Positions 33,458-44,059 of a DNA stretch of 64,000 nt are shown one piece after another; the stretch's first letter is position 1; the number at the start of each line of letters is the position of its first letter. Where the stretch lies: NCBI GenBank assembly GCA_051599415.1, contig AP039689.1, positions 806,001 to 870,000 on the forward strand, read 5' to 3'. A model generated the notes under the pieces. The model saw only the letters and a list, made by a program, of their open reading frames with translations, made no database searches and was not told where the DNA came from. Made by a program: the position numbers and the translations under genes. This DNA comes from Savitreella phatthalungensis (lineage: Eukaryota).

Positions 33458-34002
33458 CTATGCATAACGATTCAGGTCCTAATCCTTGAGTCAGTCTGTG
33501 GTTCTAGTCATTCGTCCAGTAGGGAGTGAGGAACTTACAAGCTGAGGGTCCTGGATGAAGGCACATAACACTTTGCTTCCGGTCTGCAGCAGAGGGTGAC
33601 CTGCAACAATCTGAAGGAAGCGTTCCAAGCCATCTCTCCTGCTTTCAATCACATCGTCTGCGAATCTGTTTGTGAAAACCTTGCCAGGCAAGCTCGGGAT
33701 TGTGACACGTGAGGACTCGCGCTCGAGGATATCTCTGAACTGTTCAAACTCAGAGTACCGCCGGCGCACGACAGAGTGCTTTATCTTGAATGCTGGGATG
33801 TTTGTCCGGCAGACGATCTCATAGTCCGTGTACATCTTCCGCCCTGTGCCTGAGAAAGTGTCAGACGACTCAGTCGATATACGCGCTTCGAAGAAGATGC
33901 CTTACCGTGTGTCTGGGGATTGCGAACTTCAATCTCGAGGAAGTTCTCTGGTACGCCATAGAGCTCATCAGCTGTCTGCTGGCGCATGTCCTGCCTGTAC
34001 AT
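33458..34002 (-). CDS. SNX3: Sorting nexin 3 (PX domain); exons 34002-33906, 33849-33539 and 33478-33458
   Basis: [57 protein letters not shown] and GTAAGT donors with GACTGAC-type branch; start approximate. Confidence 0.93.
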
Positions 34003-34697
34003 CGAGACCTAAAGCGGTGTGTAGGCAGATGAATAGAGGACTTAGAAGCGAGTAGTATGACACCGGTGATTGTGCAGTGAGATAGGGTTTGAGCTGCGTC
34101 TACTTAAGGAAGAGAGAATGAGGATGAGGACGTTGACTGAGTTGATGAAGTGGTCGTCTGCATGATCAATTCCAGATTGCTGCATTCGTTCTCTTAATTG
34201 CATTCTAATTCAATTGACTTCAGGAGTAATTAAATCTGTGGAGTACTTAAGCAGATACCTCAAGATACTTAATCATGTCTCCCGATTCCATTACTGCAGT
34301 CGAACTATTTTTATAATCCAAGCAAGAGAGAGAGAGAGAGGACTTTCGACAGAATGCACGTTTCAGGAGATTCGAATGAGAGAGTAGAGAGACATGAAAG
34401 ATCGAGTGAATGTTACCATGGGAACACAGAAAACACCAGGCATTCATTCATTCCCTTACAGGTCACACGTCCTCACAGACTCATCTCCCACCTCCGTCAA
34501 CTCTCCAAAAAAGTCAGACTCGGTGGAAGAGATCAGAAACCCACAGTAGAGTATACTTGACTACTCAACATATTCCTTCTGTGCATCCCATCCGCCTTTT
34601 CCCCTGAGTCACGTTCGCATTGGCTCGACTCCCGGTTACCATCGCCCCTTGATCCACCTCTTCGATCTCCATCTCCATTTCCCATCTCGACTCTATC

Positions 34698-34733
34698 ACG
34701 CACGCACGCAAGCAAGCACGCACGCACGCACGC
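34698..34733 (+). repeat. (ACGC)n/(AAGC)n repeat upstream of the STRAP-like gene
   Basis: acgcacgcacgcaagcaagcacgcacgcacgcacgc. Confidence 0.8.
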
Positions 34734-34842
34734 TCATCTACACGCTTCTGACGTACTCTGACGACTCACGCCAATTACTGACTTACATCATTTTTCACAC
34801 ATTCCCTTTCACGATCTCCTCAATCTTACAGCTTCCCACGTT

Positions 34843-35787
34843 ATGAAGGACGCGCCTCAAGTTCAAGCAGCTCGTGTGACACCACTTACCTGTTCAGGTC
34901 ACACGCGTCCCGTCACACATCTCCACTTTTCGGGCGAAGTATTCATTTCCGCGTGCAAGGATGGCAATCCCATGCTCCGAGACGCCACAACCGGTGATTG
35001 GATCGGCACGTTCATCGGACACAAGGGAGCAACCTGGTCTGCGAAATTATCTCAAGGGACTGCAGACAAAGCTGTCACTGGCAGTGCTGATTTCTCCGCA
35101 AAAGTGTGGGACACATACTCTGGACAGCCGACGCACTCATTCTCTCACAATCACATCGTCCGGAGTGTCGACTTTGACGGCGAAGCAAACCGCGTCGCCA
35201 CGGGTGGTCAGGAGAAACTCGTCCGGATATTCGACGTGCGGCAGGGTGATACGGCTGTAGACGAGTATGCCGGCCACGAGGGCAATATCAGGTCTGTCGT
35301 CTGGCAGAAAGGTCACGGGTCTGAGGATCGGGTGCTGATTACGGCTGACGACCGGTGTATTCGGTACTGGGATGTCCGTGCTGGTGGGAAGGAACTTCAC
35401 AAATGGGACACGCCAAACTACCCTGCACAGCCAATCACCTCGCTCGAACAATCCCGATCCTTCATCTGCGTTACCGCTGGCAAGTCCGTCTTCTTCATCG
35501 ACCCACAGTCGCGCGAAGTCACCAAACAGGTCGACACGGATTACGATGTCTCATCCGTATCGCTCAACCCTGCGATGGACAAGTTTGTGACTGGCGGGTC
35601 GACGGAGCTTTGGGTGCGCGTCTACGACTTTGCCACAGGTACCGAGCAGGAGGTTTACAAAGGTCACCACGGCCCCATCCACACTGTCGAGTACTCTCCT
35701 GACGGCGGACTCTACGCCACAGGCTCAGAGGACGGCACTATTAGGCTGTGGAAGGCCGTATCAGGACCTTACGGACTTTGGAACTGA
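34843..35787 (+). CDS. STRAP/UNRIP-like WD40 protein
   Basis: PLTCSGHTRPV, SACKDGNPMLRD..TGDWIGTFIGHKGATW, HNHIVR, KGHHGPIH..SPDG..YATGSEDGTIRLW. Confidence 0.9.
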   Translation: MKDAPQVQAARVTPLTCSGHTRPVTHLHFSGEVFISACKDGNPMLRDATTGDWIGTFIGHKGATWSAKLSQGTADKAVTGSADFSAKVWDTYSGQPTHSFSHNHIVRSVDFDGEANRVATGGQEKLVRIFDVRQGDTAVDEYAGHEGNIRSVVWQKGHGSEDRVLITADDRCIRYWDVRAGGKELHKWDTPNYPAQPITSLEQSRSFICVTAGKSVFFIDPQSREVTKQVDTDYDVSSVSLNPAMDKFVTGGSTELWVRVYDFATGTEQEVYKGHHGPIHTVEYSPDGGLYATGSEDGTIRLWKAVSGPYGLWN

Positions 35788-35982
35788 GCATCACACTCAC
35801 ACCTCAATTGACTTCTCACACACTCATGCACGTATGTACCTCGCCCGTTTTAGATGCGCTTGTAATGCCTATGACTAGTGAATCGCTGTACATAAAATTG
35901 AGGGAGAACCTGAAACCCTGCGGGAGTCAAGTCGGCCATGCAATATAAGATAGTTGGTAAGGAGTGATCTTGGTGTGATGAC

Positions 35983-36999
35983 TTAGATCGTTGGAAGCAA
36001 TTCCTCAATCGCTGCCCAGTATTCCTCGCTCACAGTCTGCTGGATTTCTTCCCTTGTGAGCCAAGCTACGGCATTGACGCCTGCTTGTTTGGCTGGGACT
36101 GGTTTGCCTGCGAGTGCGCGTGCCTTGAGCCAGAAGACCTTGGCGCCTGGATGGTCTGCGCGCGGGGTAGCATACTCGTAAGCGTGGTGTCCGACCGGGT
36201 GTCTGGCCACCATCCAGTACTTGAGATCCTTGCCGCACGTCATCCCTACAGCACGCTCAGCTCCACCGTGCAACGTCTCCCCAACACCCAAGTGTGTCTG
36301 CGGAAACCGCCAACCACTCTCCTCCTCGCGCACCTCCCGACCATCCGCAGCACGGTCCACCAGCATGTACAGCGTCCTGTGAAGCTGCCGGTCGAGTGAT
36401 GTGCGATCGTTCGCTCTGTCTGCTTCGGTGGTTCGCGGGCGTGCGAGTTCGGCTGCTAGACGTGCTTCGTCCTGGAGTTCTCGTTCCTCTGTTGTGAGTT
36501 CTGTGCCTGGGCCAATATGCTGGAGTTCTGCCTGTGCGTCTGTTGACGCTGCGTGGGTAAGACCTTCCCGACGCAGACGGTCGTCGCGCATCGCTCCGCC
36601 TGCAGTCCACCGCTTGCTCGCGAGCGATCCCTTCTGGAAGTAAAAGTCCTGCGGGAACGGAGACGCAAGACGGGACCGCAGCAACCGCTGGTACCCATAG
36701 TAAGCCTCCTCGAATGGCTCCAGCTGCCGTGTGATTACAGGTGGCCGAGACACTATCAGCCCAGCGTGCAGCTGATACCGCATCGTCTTGCTCGCTCGCC
36801 GGCGAGTCATTGCCTCAACAGGCACATCACTTGCGTCCGGTGTTGCAGATTCTGATAGCGTTGAAGTCGTTGAGCTCGTGTGCCGCCGTTCAATTACACC
36901 AACCGAGAGGAGAGTCCGGCGAGATGCAACAACGCCAACACTAGCATTCAGATGGACGGACGACGTCCGAGTGCACCGCAGACACGTCCGCGAGAGCAT
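35983..36999 (-). CDS. MRPL17: Mitochondrial ribosomal protein mL46 (yeast MRPL17)
   Basis: Presequence MLSRTCLR, GLIVSRPPVIT..FEEAYY.YQ, FPQDFYF.KGS, PRTTEAD..D.TSLDRQL.RTLY.LV and a Nudix-like C-terminus. Confidence 0.88.
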   Translation of the reverse strand: MLSRTCLRCTRTSSVHLNASVGVVASRRTLLSVGVIERRHTSSTTSTLSESATPDASDVPVEAMTRRRASKTMRYQLHAGLIVSRPPVITRQLEPFEEAYYGYQRLLRSRLASPFPQDFYFQKGSLASKRWTAGGAMRDDRLRREGLTHAASTDAQAELQHIGPGTELTTEERELQDEARLAAELARPRTTEADRANDRTSLDRQLHRTLYMLVDRAADGREVREEESGWRFPQTHLGVGETLHGGAERAVGMTCGKDLKYWMVARHPVGHHAYEYATPRADHPGAKVFWLKARALAGKPVPAKQAGVNAVAWLTREEIQQTVSEEYWAAIEELLPTI

Positions 37000-37295
37000 C
37001 GTGAGAGAACAGTCAAGCGTCCAGGGTAAATGAGAAGTACTTAGGGTCCAATTGATTTTTATCCTCGAGAGTAAGAGGGAGAGACAGATCGAGTGACTCG
37101 ACAGACTTGAGACCTGCTGCAAATTACACACAAGAAATTTTGTCTGCTTCATCAGACACTCAAAAAAGTGAAAGACAAAAAGTGAGAAGAGTGAGTGAGA
37201 GAGATTCAAGGATACGTGAAGAGGGCACTTTGTCCTCAAGCAGGTTACAGACTGGTAGAAGCTCTTCTGAGAGAGCACAAGTGTCATCAAGGGCT

Positions 37296-37309
37296 CAGTC
37301 ACAGTCACG
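37296..37309 (+). promoter_or_regulatory. Tandem HomolD-like boxes (CAGTCACA, CAGTCACG)
   Basis: Exact CAGTCACA at 37296, about 45 bp before the uS10m ATG. Confidence 0.45.
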
Positions 37310-37348
37310 CTCCTCAAAGGGTTTACAGTTGGACACTAAAGATAGGCC

Positions 37349-38194
37349 ATGCACGGTGGAAGAGCCATCACAGCTGTAGTCACCAGTCTCTCTCGAGCGG
37401 TGTGTACTCCTTCATCCGCAGCTATCTGCCGGAACTATGCTACTGAGACACGATCTCCAACGACAAAGAAGTCCTCTTCATCATCACGGACCCTGGATCT
37501 TTCACCAGAGACAATGTCCGTCTACCTAGAGCCGCAGCGACACCCTCGCCGGACAGGAACTCCTTCTTGTCAACTACACCTGCGATCATATGAGGTCTCT
37601 CGACTGACGTTCTTCGCCGACTTTGCGATGCGTGCTGCATGGCACATGGATCTCGTGGCTCGCGGTCCTGTACCGCTTCCGAAGAAGACTGAGCGCTGGA
37701 CTGTGCCGCGAGGTCCGTTTGTGCACAAGAAGACGATGGAGAACTTTGAGCGGATCACGTACAAGCGGGTGATCAAGATCGAGGATGCTCACCCACGCGC
37801 AGTCGATCGATTCCTGTCATACCTGACGGCCAACTGCATGCCTGGCGTCGGAATGAAGGTCAACACGTTCGAGTTTGAGGAGGTCGGTGCGATCACGTCT
37901 GCGCTCGGCGAGGAAGGCGGCAGCGTTGCGAAGGAGGCCGTTGATGCTGCAGAGTCGCTCAATCTAGCTGCAAGGGAGGCAAAGCGATTGCTCGGCGAAG
38001 CAGCCTACCAGGAGCTTGCAGAAGCCAAGGATCAGGTTGAGAACGCACCAGACACGACAGAGTCCTCACAGCCCTCAAATGCGGAGGTCGAGGCTGCAAA
38101 CCAGCCGGCAGAACAGCAGAGTCAAGAAGGCGACAAGCAGGACGAGACCCCGGCCGAATCCAACTCGACAAAGAAGGACGACAAGTCAAACTGA
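37349..38194 (+). CDS. RSM10: Mitochondrial ribosomal protein uS10m
   Basis: LHLRSY..L.FFADFA.RAA, GPVPLPKKTERWTVPRGPFVHKK..ENFERITYKR. Confidence 0.92.
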   Translation: MHGGRAITAVVTSLSRAVCTPSSAAICRNYATETRSPTTKKSSSSSRTLDLSPETMSVYLEPQRHPRRTGTPSCQLHLRSYEVSRLTFFADFAMRAAWHMDLVARGPVPLPKKTERWTVPRGPFVHKKTMENFERITYKRVIKIEDAHPRAVDRFLSYLTANCMPGVGMKVNTFEFEEVGAITSALGEEGGSVAKEAVDAAESLNLAAREAKRLLGEAAYQELAEAKDQVENAPDTTESSQPSNAEVEAANQPAEQQSQEGDKQDETPAESNSTKKDDKSN

Positions 38195-38314
38195 GCGACT
38201 CGAACAGATCCAATCAAGGTGCTCGTGTATATTGTATACAATTTTGTGTCTGCCGTGTAATAGGAAGTGGTCATAGCATGGCATGGAATGACATGGCAGA
38301 TCTTGATGACCTAT

Positions 38315-39418
38315 CTATTGGCTGCCGTATTTGTGGATGCATTCGAAGAAGGTCTTGAGATCATCAGGGTCGACTTCTGGGAAAATGCCGTGACCCAAGT
38401 TGGCGATGTATCCTTTCTTACCGCCTCCGAATCCTTGAACCATCCGCTTGACTTGCTGATCAATCACATCCTTGCCTGCGATCAGCCAGCACGGGTTCAT
38501 ATTGCCCTGTAAGGTCACTCTGCCAGCAGCGATCCGGACTGCCTCTGCAGGATCGTGTGTCCAGTCCAGGCCAACAACCTGGTAGCCTATGTCGCAGAGC
38601 TTGTCGAGTGCGAACCAGGCGCCCTTGGCAAAAACGGTCTTTGGCACACGTTCGATACCGAGCCCGTCGAGTGCACGGTCGACCCCCTCGGCAATCTGCC
38701 GCAAGTACGGCAGCGCAAACTCATCGAAATCAGCCGGCGCCAACTCACCTGCCCACGAATCAAACACCTGGAGCAATTCAGCACCGGCCTGGACCTGCTT
38801 GACCAGGTACGGGATCGCGACTGCGGTACACCTGGCCAGGAGGTCGTGTGCTGCGTCTGGGTGTTTTCGTAGGAATGCGGTTGGACGGTGGAAGGTCTTG
38901 CTTCCGCCACGGTCGATCATGTATGCTGCGAGTGTCCAGGGTGCTCCGCAGAATCCGATGAGCGGGACGCGTCCACGGAGTTTCCGCTTGGTCGCACGGA
39001 TGGCATCCATGACGTACCCGAGTTCGCGGTCCACGAGCGCCTCGTCGATCTCCTCCACCCGCTTCAGCTTCGACAGGTCAGCAGGCGTCTTGATCGGGTC
39101 AGGAAAGCCAGGACCGACCTTGTCGACCATCGTCACCTCCATCCCGAGCGCCTGCGGGATCACCAGAATGTCGGAGAAGATGATGGCTGCGTCGATCAGC
39201 CCTTCGTACCTGTCTACCGGCTGCACTGTCAACTCCGATGCCACCTCAGCGTCTCGACACGTCCCGAAGAAATCAAGACCTCGCTTGGCCTCGTGGTACT
39301 CGGGCAAGTATCGTCCGGCTTGCCGCATCACCCACACCGGAGGTCTCTCTACCTGCTCGCCCCATGCTGCTCGGATCAGGAGCGGCTTCTTGCCCTTTGA
39401 TCCTTCTGCTGACGCCAT
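38315..39418 (-). CDS. HEM12: Uroporphyrinogen decarboxylase
   Basis: PPVWVMRQAGRYLPEY, DAAIIFSDILVIP, LIGFCGAPWTL, QVFDSW, LQGN, YIANLGHG. Confidence 0.97.
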   Translation of the reverse strand: MASAEGSKGKKPLLIRAAWGEQVERPPVWVMRQAGRYLPEYHEAKRGLDFFGTCRDAEVASELTVQPVDRYEGLIDAAIIFSDILVIPQALGMEVTMVDKVGPGFPDPIKTPADLSKLKRVEEIDEALVDRELGYVMDAIRATKRKLRGRVPLIGFCGAPWTLAAYMIDRGGSKTFHRPTAFLRKHPDAAHDLLARCTAVAIPYLVKQVQAGAELLQVFDSWAGELAPADFDEFALPYLRQIAEGVDRALDGLGIERVPKTVFAKGAWFALDKLCDIGYQVVGLDWTHDPAEAVRIAAGRVTLQGNMNPCWLIAGKDVIDQQVKRMVQGFGGGKKGYIANLGHGIFPEVDPDDLKTFFECIHKYGSQ

Positions 39419-39656
39419 CTGTTCAGACACTATGAGACAATGTGCGTGTTAACGGCTACGTGTCCCTTTGATGATGAGAGTCGTCGTCGTGCACGGGGTG
39501 ATCGACAGTGGAAGACGTCGAATTGCGGAGTAAAATTAATTAAACCTGCACACAAAGCACAGTGCTCACCACCTACCAGGCACACAGCAGATGGAAATGC
39601 CCGCCTGTGTGACGGACTAAGTCTTTGGAGGTTGGACTCAGTTTGGACGCAGGGAG

Positions 39657-40403
39657 ATGGATGAGAAGTCGCGGACGACGGTGTCTCGATTGCTTTCGAA
39701 GCTCCTCCGACACAAGGCTAGTGATTTTGGGTTGAGGTTGCGTGACGATGGGTTTGCTGTGGTGTCTGAGTTGCTGTCGGTGGCGCGTGTGCGTGCGCTG
39801 CGTGCTGATTTGTCTGTGATCAGAGAGGTTGTGGCACTGGATGGCAAGTCGCGTTACACGCTGAGGTACGATGGACCGCTTGCCGATCCCGGGAACGACG
39901 ATGATCCAGCACACTGGCTCATCAGAGCTAATCAAGGCCACTCCATCGCCACCGTTACCGCACTTGAGCTCCAGCAGCTAGTTCTCCCTGGCGACACAGC
40001 ACCTGAGCAGCCTTTGGCGCCCGGCGAAGAGCTCCGTATCACTGGGACCTGCGAAATTCCACCAGTGGTCCTGCACGGGACGACCCAGAGGACTTACCTG
40101 GCGCATATTCGGGTCGAGGGGTTATCGCGGATGCGACGGAATCACATTCACTTGGCAACTGGCTTGCCTGGTGAGGATGGTGTGAGGTCAGGAGTACGTG
40201 GGAGCGCAGATTGCTTCGTGTACGTGGATGTGGCCAGGGCTATGCGGGAGGCGGCAATCACGTTCTACAAGAGCGCGAATGGGGTTATCTTGTCACCTGG
40301 CAACGAGCTTGGCTGTATTCCACCAGAATTCTTCACGAAGGTTGTTGACCGTGCCGGTAACCCATTAGACACACGAGACAAGATCTCCGACACAGCGAAG
40401 TGA
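39657..40403 (+). CDS. TPT1: tRNA 2'-phosphotransferase (Tpt1/KptA)
   Basis: LSKLLRH, K.RY, IRANQGHS, HGT, GLSRMRRNHIH, SANGVILSPG. Confidence 0.93.
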   Translation: MDEKSRTTVSRLLSKLLRHKASDFGLRLRDDGFAVVSELLSVARVRALRADLSVIREVVALDGKSRYTLRYDGPLADPGNDDDPAHWLIRANQGHSIATVTALELQQLVLPGDTAPEQPLAPGEELRITGTCEIPPVVLHGTTQRTYLAHIRVEGLSRMRRNHIHLATGLPGEDGVRSGVRGSADCFVYVDVARAMREAAITFYKSANGVILSPGNELGCIPPEFFTKVVDRAGNPLDTRDKISDTAK

Positions 40404-40478
40404 TATACGAGTAACGTCATGCATGATATAGTAGACATACACATACACATACAAGGATTGAGCAGGCGGATGCTAGCG

Positions 40479-43034
40479 CTAATCGTCGTCGAGTTCAATA
40501 GCAGAAGCGTCGGACTTGCCCTTGTTGGCCCAGAAAGCTCGCTTGTCGGCTGCTGACCTTGTCGCCGTTTTTGGAGCTGCATCAGGGACTTCAGGGACTT
40601 CGCCGTCTGAGAGGTCCGATTTGCGTGAATCAGCATCGCTCGTTGTTTTCGAACGTTGACCCTGTCGATCTTTGCGACGAGCTTTGCGAGCCTGTCGACG
40701 TTGCTGTCGGGTCTGACCCTTAACGTGCTGCTCGTCGTCGCTGTTGTTGTCGGCATCGTCTCGATCAGAGTCGATGACGATCGGCACAGTCGCGCGACGG
40801 GCTTCCCCATCTTCGCCAGTGGCATCGATCACGTACCCGTGCGTATTGCCTTGATCATCGACAATCTCACCCTCACTCTGAGTGTTAGCGCGATCGGCAG
40901 CGTCGTCGTCACTGCTGGCATGACGGTTGCGATCGGCGATCGCTTTCTTGCGCGCTTTGCGTTCTTCTAGCTTGCGCTTCTTTCTCGCCTGAGATTCTTG
41001 CCTGCGCAATTCCTTTCGCTGCTGCCTCGGGGTCAGCTTGACGTTCGTCGGCTTTTGCTCCGGCAAGGCTGCGCCGTTGACGTGGATTGACGGGCCGTGT
41101 GAATCATCCTCGCTATCGTCCTCGATATAGGCCGCTTGTGATCGCGGCGCAGTTGGTGGCGCACCATTCGTCGACGACAGCGCGTCAATGTCGATCAGCG
41201 CGGGAGGCAGGGATGGAGCTTGCTCGCTTTGAGCGGCGAGCAGCTGGACAAGCCCTGGGACGCGGTCGAGTTGGAGCTCTTGGTCTTCACGACGCAAAGC
41301 CTCAAGCTCCTCGTCAGAGTCCTCCCCATCGTTGGCATCCCTCCGATCATCGCGCTTCTCACGCAACTCTTGGGCAGCTCGGACGAGCTCTCGTCGACGG
41401 CGCTGCATGCGAACATCGACAGAGATGACTGCTGATAGAATCGCAAGATCTTCGACCTCAGCCTTGATGCGGGCGGAAGAGTTTTTCCGACGTGACGTTT
41501 TGATCCGGTCATTAACGTCGTAGATGCGCTGTGTGAGGAAGTCGTAACAGCCTGCGAGCGTGCTCTTGACTTTGAGAATGCCAAAGGATGACTTGGCAAT
41601 GTCGTTCGATGTATCTGTCGGGTCCTCAATGCACAAGAGGTAGCTCTGCTTGCCGGCATAGATCGACCCACCATTACTACCAGGAAGACCGAGGTACTTG
41701 TCGAAGTATCGACCTTTGCCACGGACGCTGATGCCAACCTTGTCATAGTTGAATCGCTTGCCATACAATTCGAGCAGCTCGAGCAGAAGCACGCCCAGGT
41801 TGTCAGCCTGGTGGATCTGGCCTGATGCGAGCTTAGGATGCTGCTGGAGGAAGCTAATGCACAGACAGATGATCGAGTAGCTGCCGAGGCCGCCAAGATA
41901 CACCTCGTTCAGCCCGCGCATTCCCAGGAAGTGCTTGATGAAGAGAACAAGTGGTTTGAGTGCTGGCATGCGGCGCATGTAGTCACGGACGACCTCGACG
42001 GCGATCAGACCACCGGGCTTGTTGAACGAGATATCGACGTTGAGGCGGGTGGATCGATCAACGAATTTGATGATTGGCACGCGCGCGCCGGAGATGACCT
42101 GGACATCCTGTGCGATACCTGCAGACACGAGCCAGCCAGCTAGCTTGCGCAGATGGCCGACACGCTCGTAGGCGTCTGAGGAGTCCTTCGAGAGGACGAC
42201 TAGGTCGAGATCCGAGGTCGGCAGGTAGAGTCCTGTTGCGAAGGAGCCGAAGGAATGCAGGGAGGCTGTAGGCCAGCGCTTCTTCAAAATTCTGCGGATG
42301 CGATCGACGACATAGGTCCGCATGGCCATCTCGTCTGCTGTCGGCGTGAGGTAGTTGACAAAGTCTGATAGCTCGCGGTGAAGGATCCGCGCGGGCTCGT
42401 CCTCGTTCGCGTAATGCTTACCACGGAGCCAGGGATGTGGTGACTTGTCTGCGAGATCTGGTTCTGTGCTTGTCGATGCGTGCTTTGACCCACCACGTCG
42501 TTTCTTGCTGCTCGTGCTGACGCCACTCTCGCTCTCTTCCGCGTCATCATCGAGGAAGATGTGCTGTCCACGCTTCCGCTTCGTCGATGGCTTCTTGCCG
42601 ACAGTGGCGACGTTTTGGATAAAGTCCGCGAGGTGGTGACCGACCTCTGCAAAGGCATTGCCATCGGACGCCGATGAAATGGAGTCGTTATCATCCTCGT
42701 TATCATTATCACCGTTCACATCTGGATCGCTACTTTCGCCTGAGACTTGCGATATATTGTCGTCGCTGCCATGTTCGCTTGCGCCGTCCTCTGAGCCGGT
42801 TTCAGGACCACCGAACGAAATGAAGTCTGTGTTGTTAGTCAGGTCATTCCGTTGTTGAGGGCTGTTGCTGGGCTCCTGAGCTTTCGCAGCTTTGGCTTCT
42901 CGAAGAGCTGCAATGACGGCGGACAGGTTGCCACCTGTAGTTGGCTCGGACGGAGCTTGTTGAAGAACACCGTTGACGATCTCGAGGGATGCGCCTGTGC
43001 CTGTGGGTGTGCCTGTGACAGTCTCGTCTGCCAT
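40479..43034 (-). CDS. TRF4: Non-canonical poly(A) polymerase Trf4/Cid14 (TRAMP)
   Basis: DFISF, PW, LH.E..DFV.Y..P, FGSFATGLYLPTSDLDLV, ARVPIIKF, NEVYLGGLGSY, IEDP..NDI. Confidence 0.93.
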   Translation of the reverse strand: MADETVTGTPTGTGASLEIVNGVLQQAPSEPTTGGNLSAVIAALREAKAAKAQEPSNSPQQRNDLTNNTDFISFGGPETGSEDGASEHGSDDNISQVSGESSDPDVNGDNDNEDDNDSISSASDGNAFAEVGHHLADFIQNVATVGKKPSTKRKRGQHIFLDDDAEESESGVSTSSKKRRGGSKHASTSTEPDLADKSPHPWLRGKHYANEDEPARILHRELSDFVNYLTPTADEMAMRTYVVDRIRRILKKRWPTASLHSFGSFATGLYLPTSDLDLVVLSKDSSDAYERVGHLRKLAGWLVSAGIAQDVQVISGARVPIIKFVDRSTRLNVDISFNKPGGLIAVEVVRDYMRRMPALKPLVLFIKHFLGMRGLNEVYLGGLGSYSIICLCISFLQQHPKLASGQIHQADNLGVLLLELLELYGKRFNYDKVGISVRGKGRYFDKYLGLPGSNGGSIYAGKQSYLLCIEDPTDTSNDIAKSSFGILKVKSTLAGCYDFLTQRIYDVNDRIKTSRRKNSSARIKAEVEDLAILSAVISVDVRMQRRRRELVRAAQELREKRDDRRDANDGEDSDEELEALRREDQELQLDRVPGLVQLLAAQSEQAPSLPPALIDIDALSSTNGAPPTAPRSQAAYIEDDSEDDSHGPSIHVNGAALPEQKPTNVKLTPRQQRKELRRQESQARKKRKLEERKARKKAIADRNRHASSDDDAADRANTQSEGEIVDDQGNTHGYVIDATGEDGEARRATVPIVIDSDRDDADNNSDDEQHVKGQTRQQRRQARKARRKDRQGQRSKTTSDADSRKSDLSDGEVPEVPDAAPKTATRSAADKRAFWANKGKSDASAIELDDD

Positions 43035-43433
43035 AGCAATTGTATATGCGTTTGGACTACTGACTGCAGAGCCTCATGCTAGATCTTCGATAGCCGTCGT
43101 GATAAGAGATGACTCCGTGATGGTGAAAGCGTTGTACTGACGTTCCTGAAGCCTAAGAGAGAGTGTACACTGGAGTTATCTACTTTGTGCATACTGTGTA
43201 TGGATTCTGACGTACACAGGAACACACATGCACGTATAGAAACACAGAATACCTATACACGTGTTCCTGGAGGTGTGAATTTCCATTTCGATGCACAAAC
43301 CGGGCTGACACAGTAGAGTCAATCGACAGTTGACATTGACATCATCCTCACCCGAGACGGTCATCATCTGCGTTTACCACCAGTATTGCTGATTTGTCAG
43401 GATACTTGACTCGCTGCGAGAGTAAACAGCCTG

Positions 43434-43748
43434 ATGAGTGCATCCATCGGCGGTCCCGAGTGCACAGCGCTGAAGAAGAAGTACGATGAGTGCTTCAACG
43501 ACTGGTACACCAATGGTTTCTTGAACGCAAAGTCCCACACGAACGAGTGCGAGGATCTGTTTACAGACTACAAGGCGTGTGTGATGCGAGCGCTGAAGGA
43601 GAAGCAGATCATGCCGCTGCTGGAGGAAGCTCGGAAGGACGCTCCATTCGAGGATGGTAAGTGATATCACAGCGATGACACATGATCATCCGAAGACACG
43701 GTGACTGACTGGTCCTTTAATTCATCAGGAGGCAAATGGAAGCGGTAA
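43434..43748 (+). CDS. MDM35: Mdm35/TRIAP1 twin-CX9C intermembrane-space protein; exons 43434-43656 and 43729-43748
   Basis: ECTALKKKYDECFNDWY..FL..C...FTDYKACV; the intron GTAAGT..GACTGAC..CAG gives the C-terminus PFEDGGKWKR. Confidence 0.92.
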
Positions 43749-44059
43749 ATCAAGGGACTTGACTGCGACATCGTACAATAGAGCATATCAGCTTGCACAC
43801 CCCCCACATATCACACGAATACGACACTTAATGATTTGGACCAGTTGGTGCAAAGGCCTTGATACTGGTGCTCGCGACGAACATGCACTTGTGAGATGCC
43901 ACTAGCAACGTGCTGATCGTGTCATACTATTCTTTTACTTGATTACGTGAGTTGGAATGGCGCGGTCGATGGACCTTTCCAGGATTGCGGGTGTGCTTTG
44001 CAATCGTGTGTAGATTTAGGTAGGTGGTCCCCCGGGAAGACAATGTCTCATCTAGTGAT

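Noticed and set aside
37000..37317. N-terminal extensions in the ORF track for mL46 (also RIO1, TRP4, CTK3, the carrier and Ctr)
   Set aside because: These come from non-ATG starts or run through promoter-like sequence. Downstream ATGs fit the family N-termini better.
38589..39452. Long antisense ORFs over HEM12 (also over ubiquitin, BRN1, TRF4 and the protease)
   Set aside because: These are shadow frames expected from GC-rich codon bias, with no recognisable motifs.
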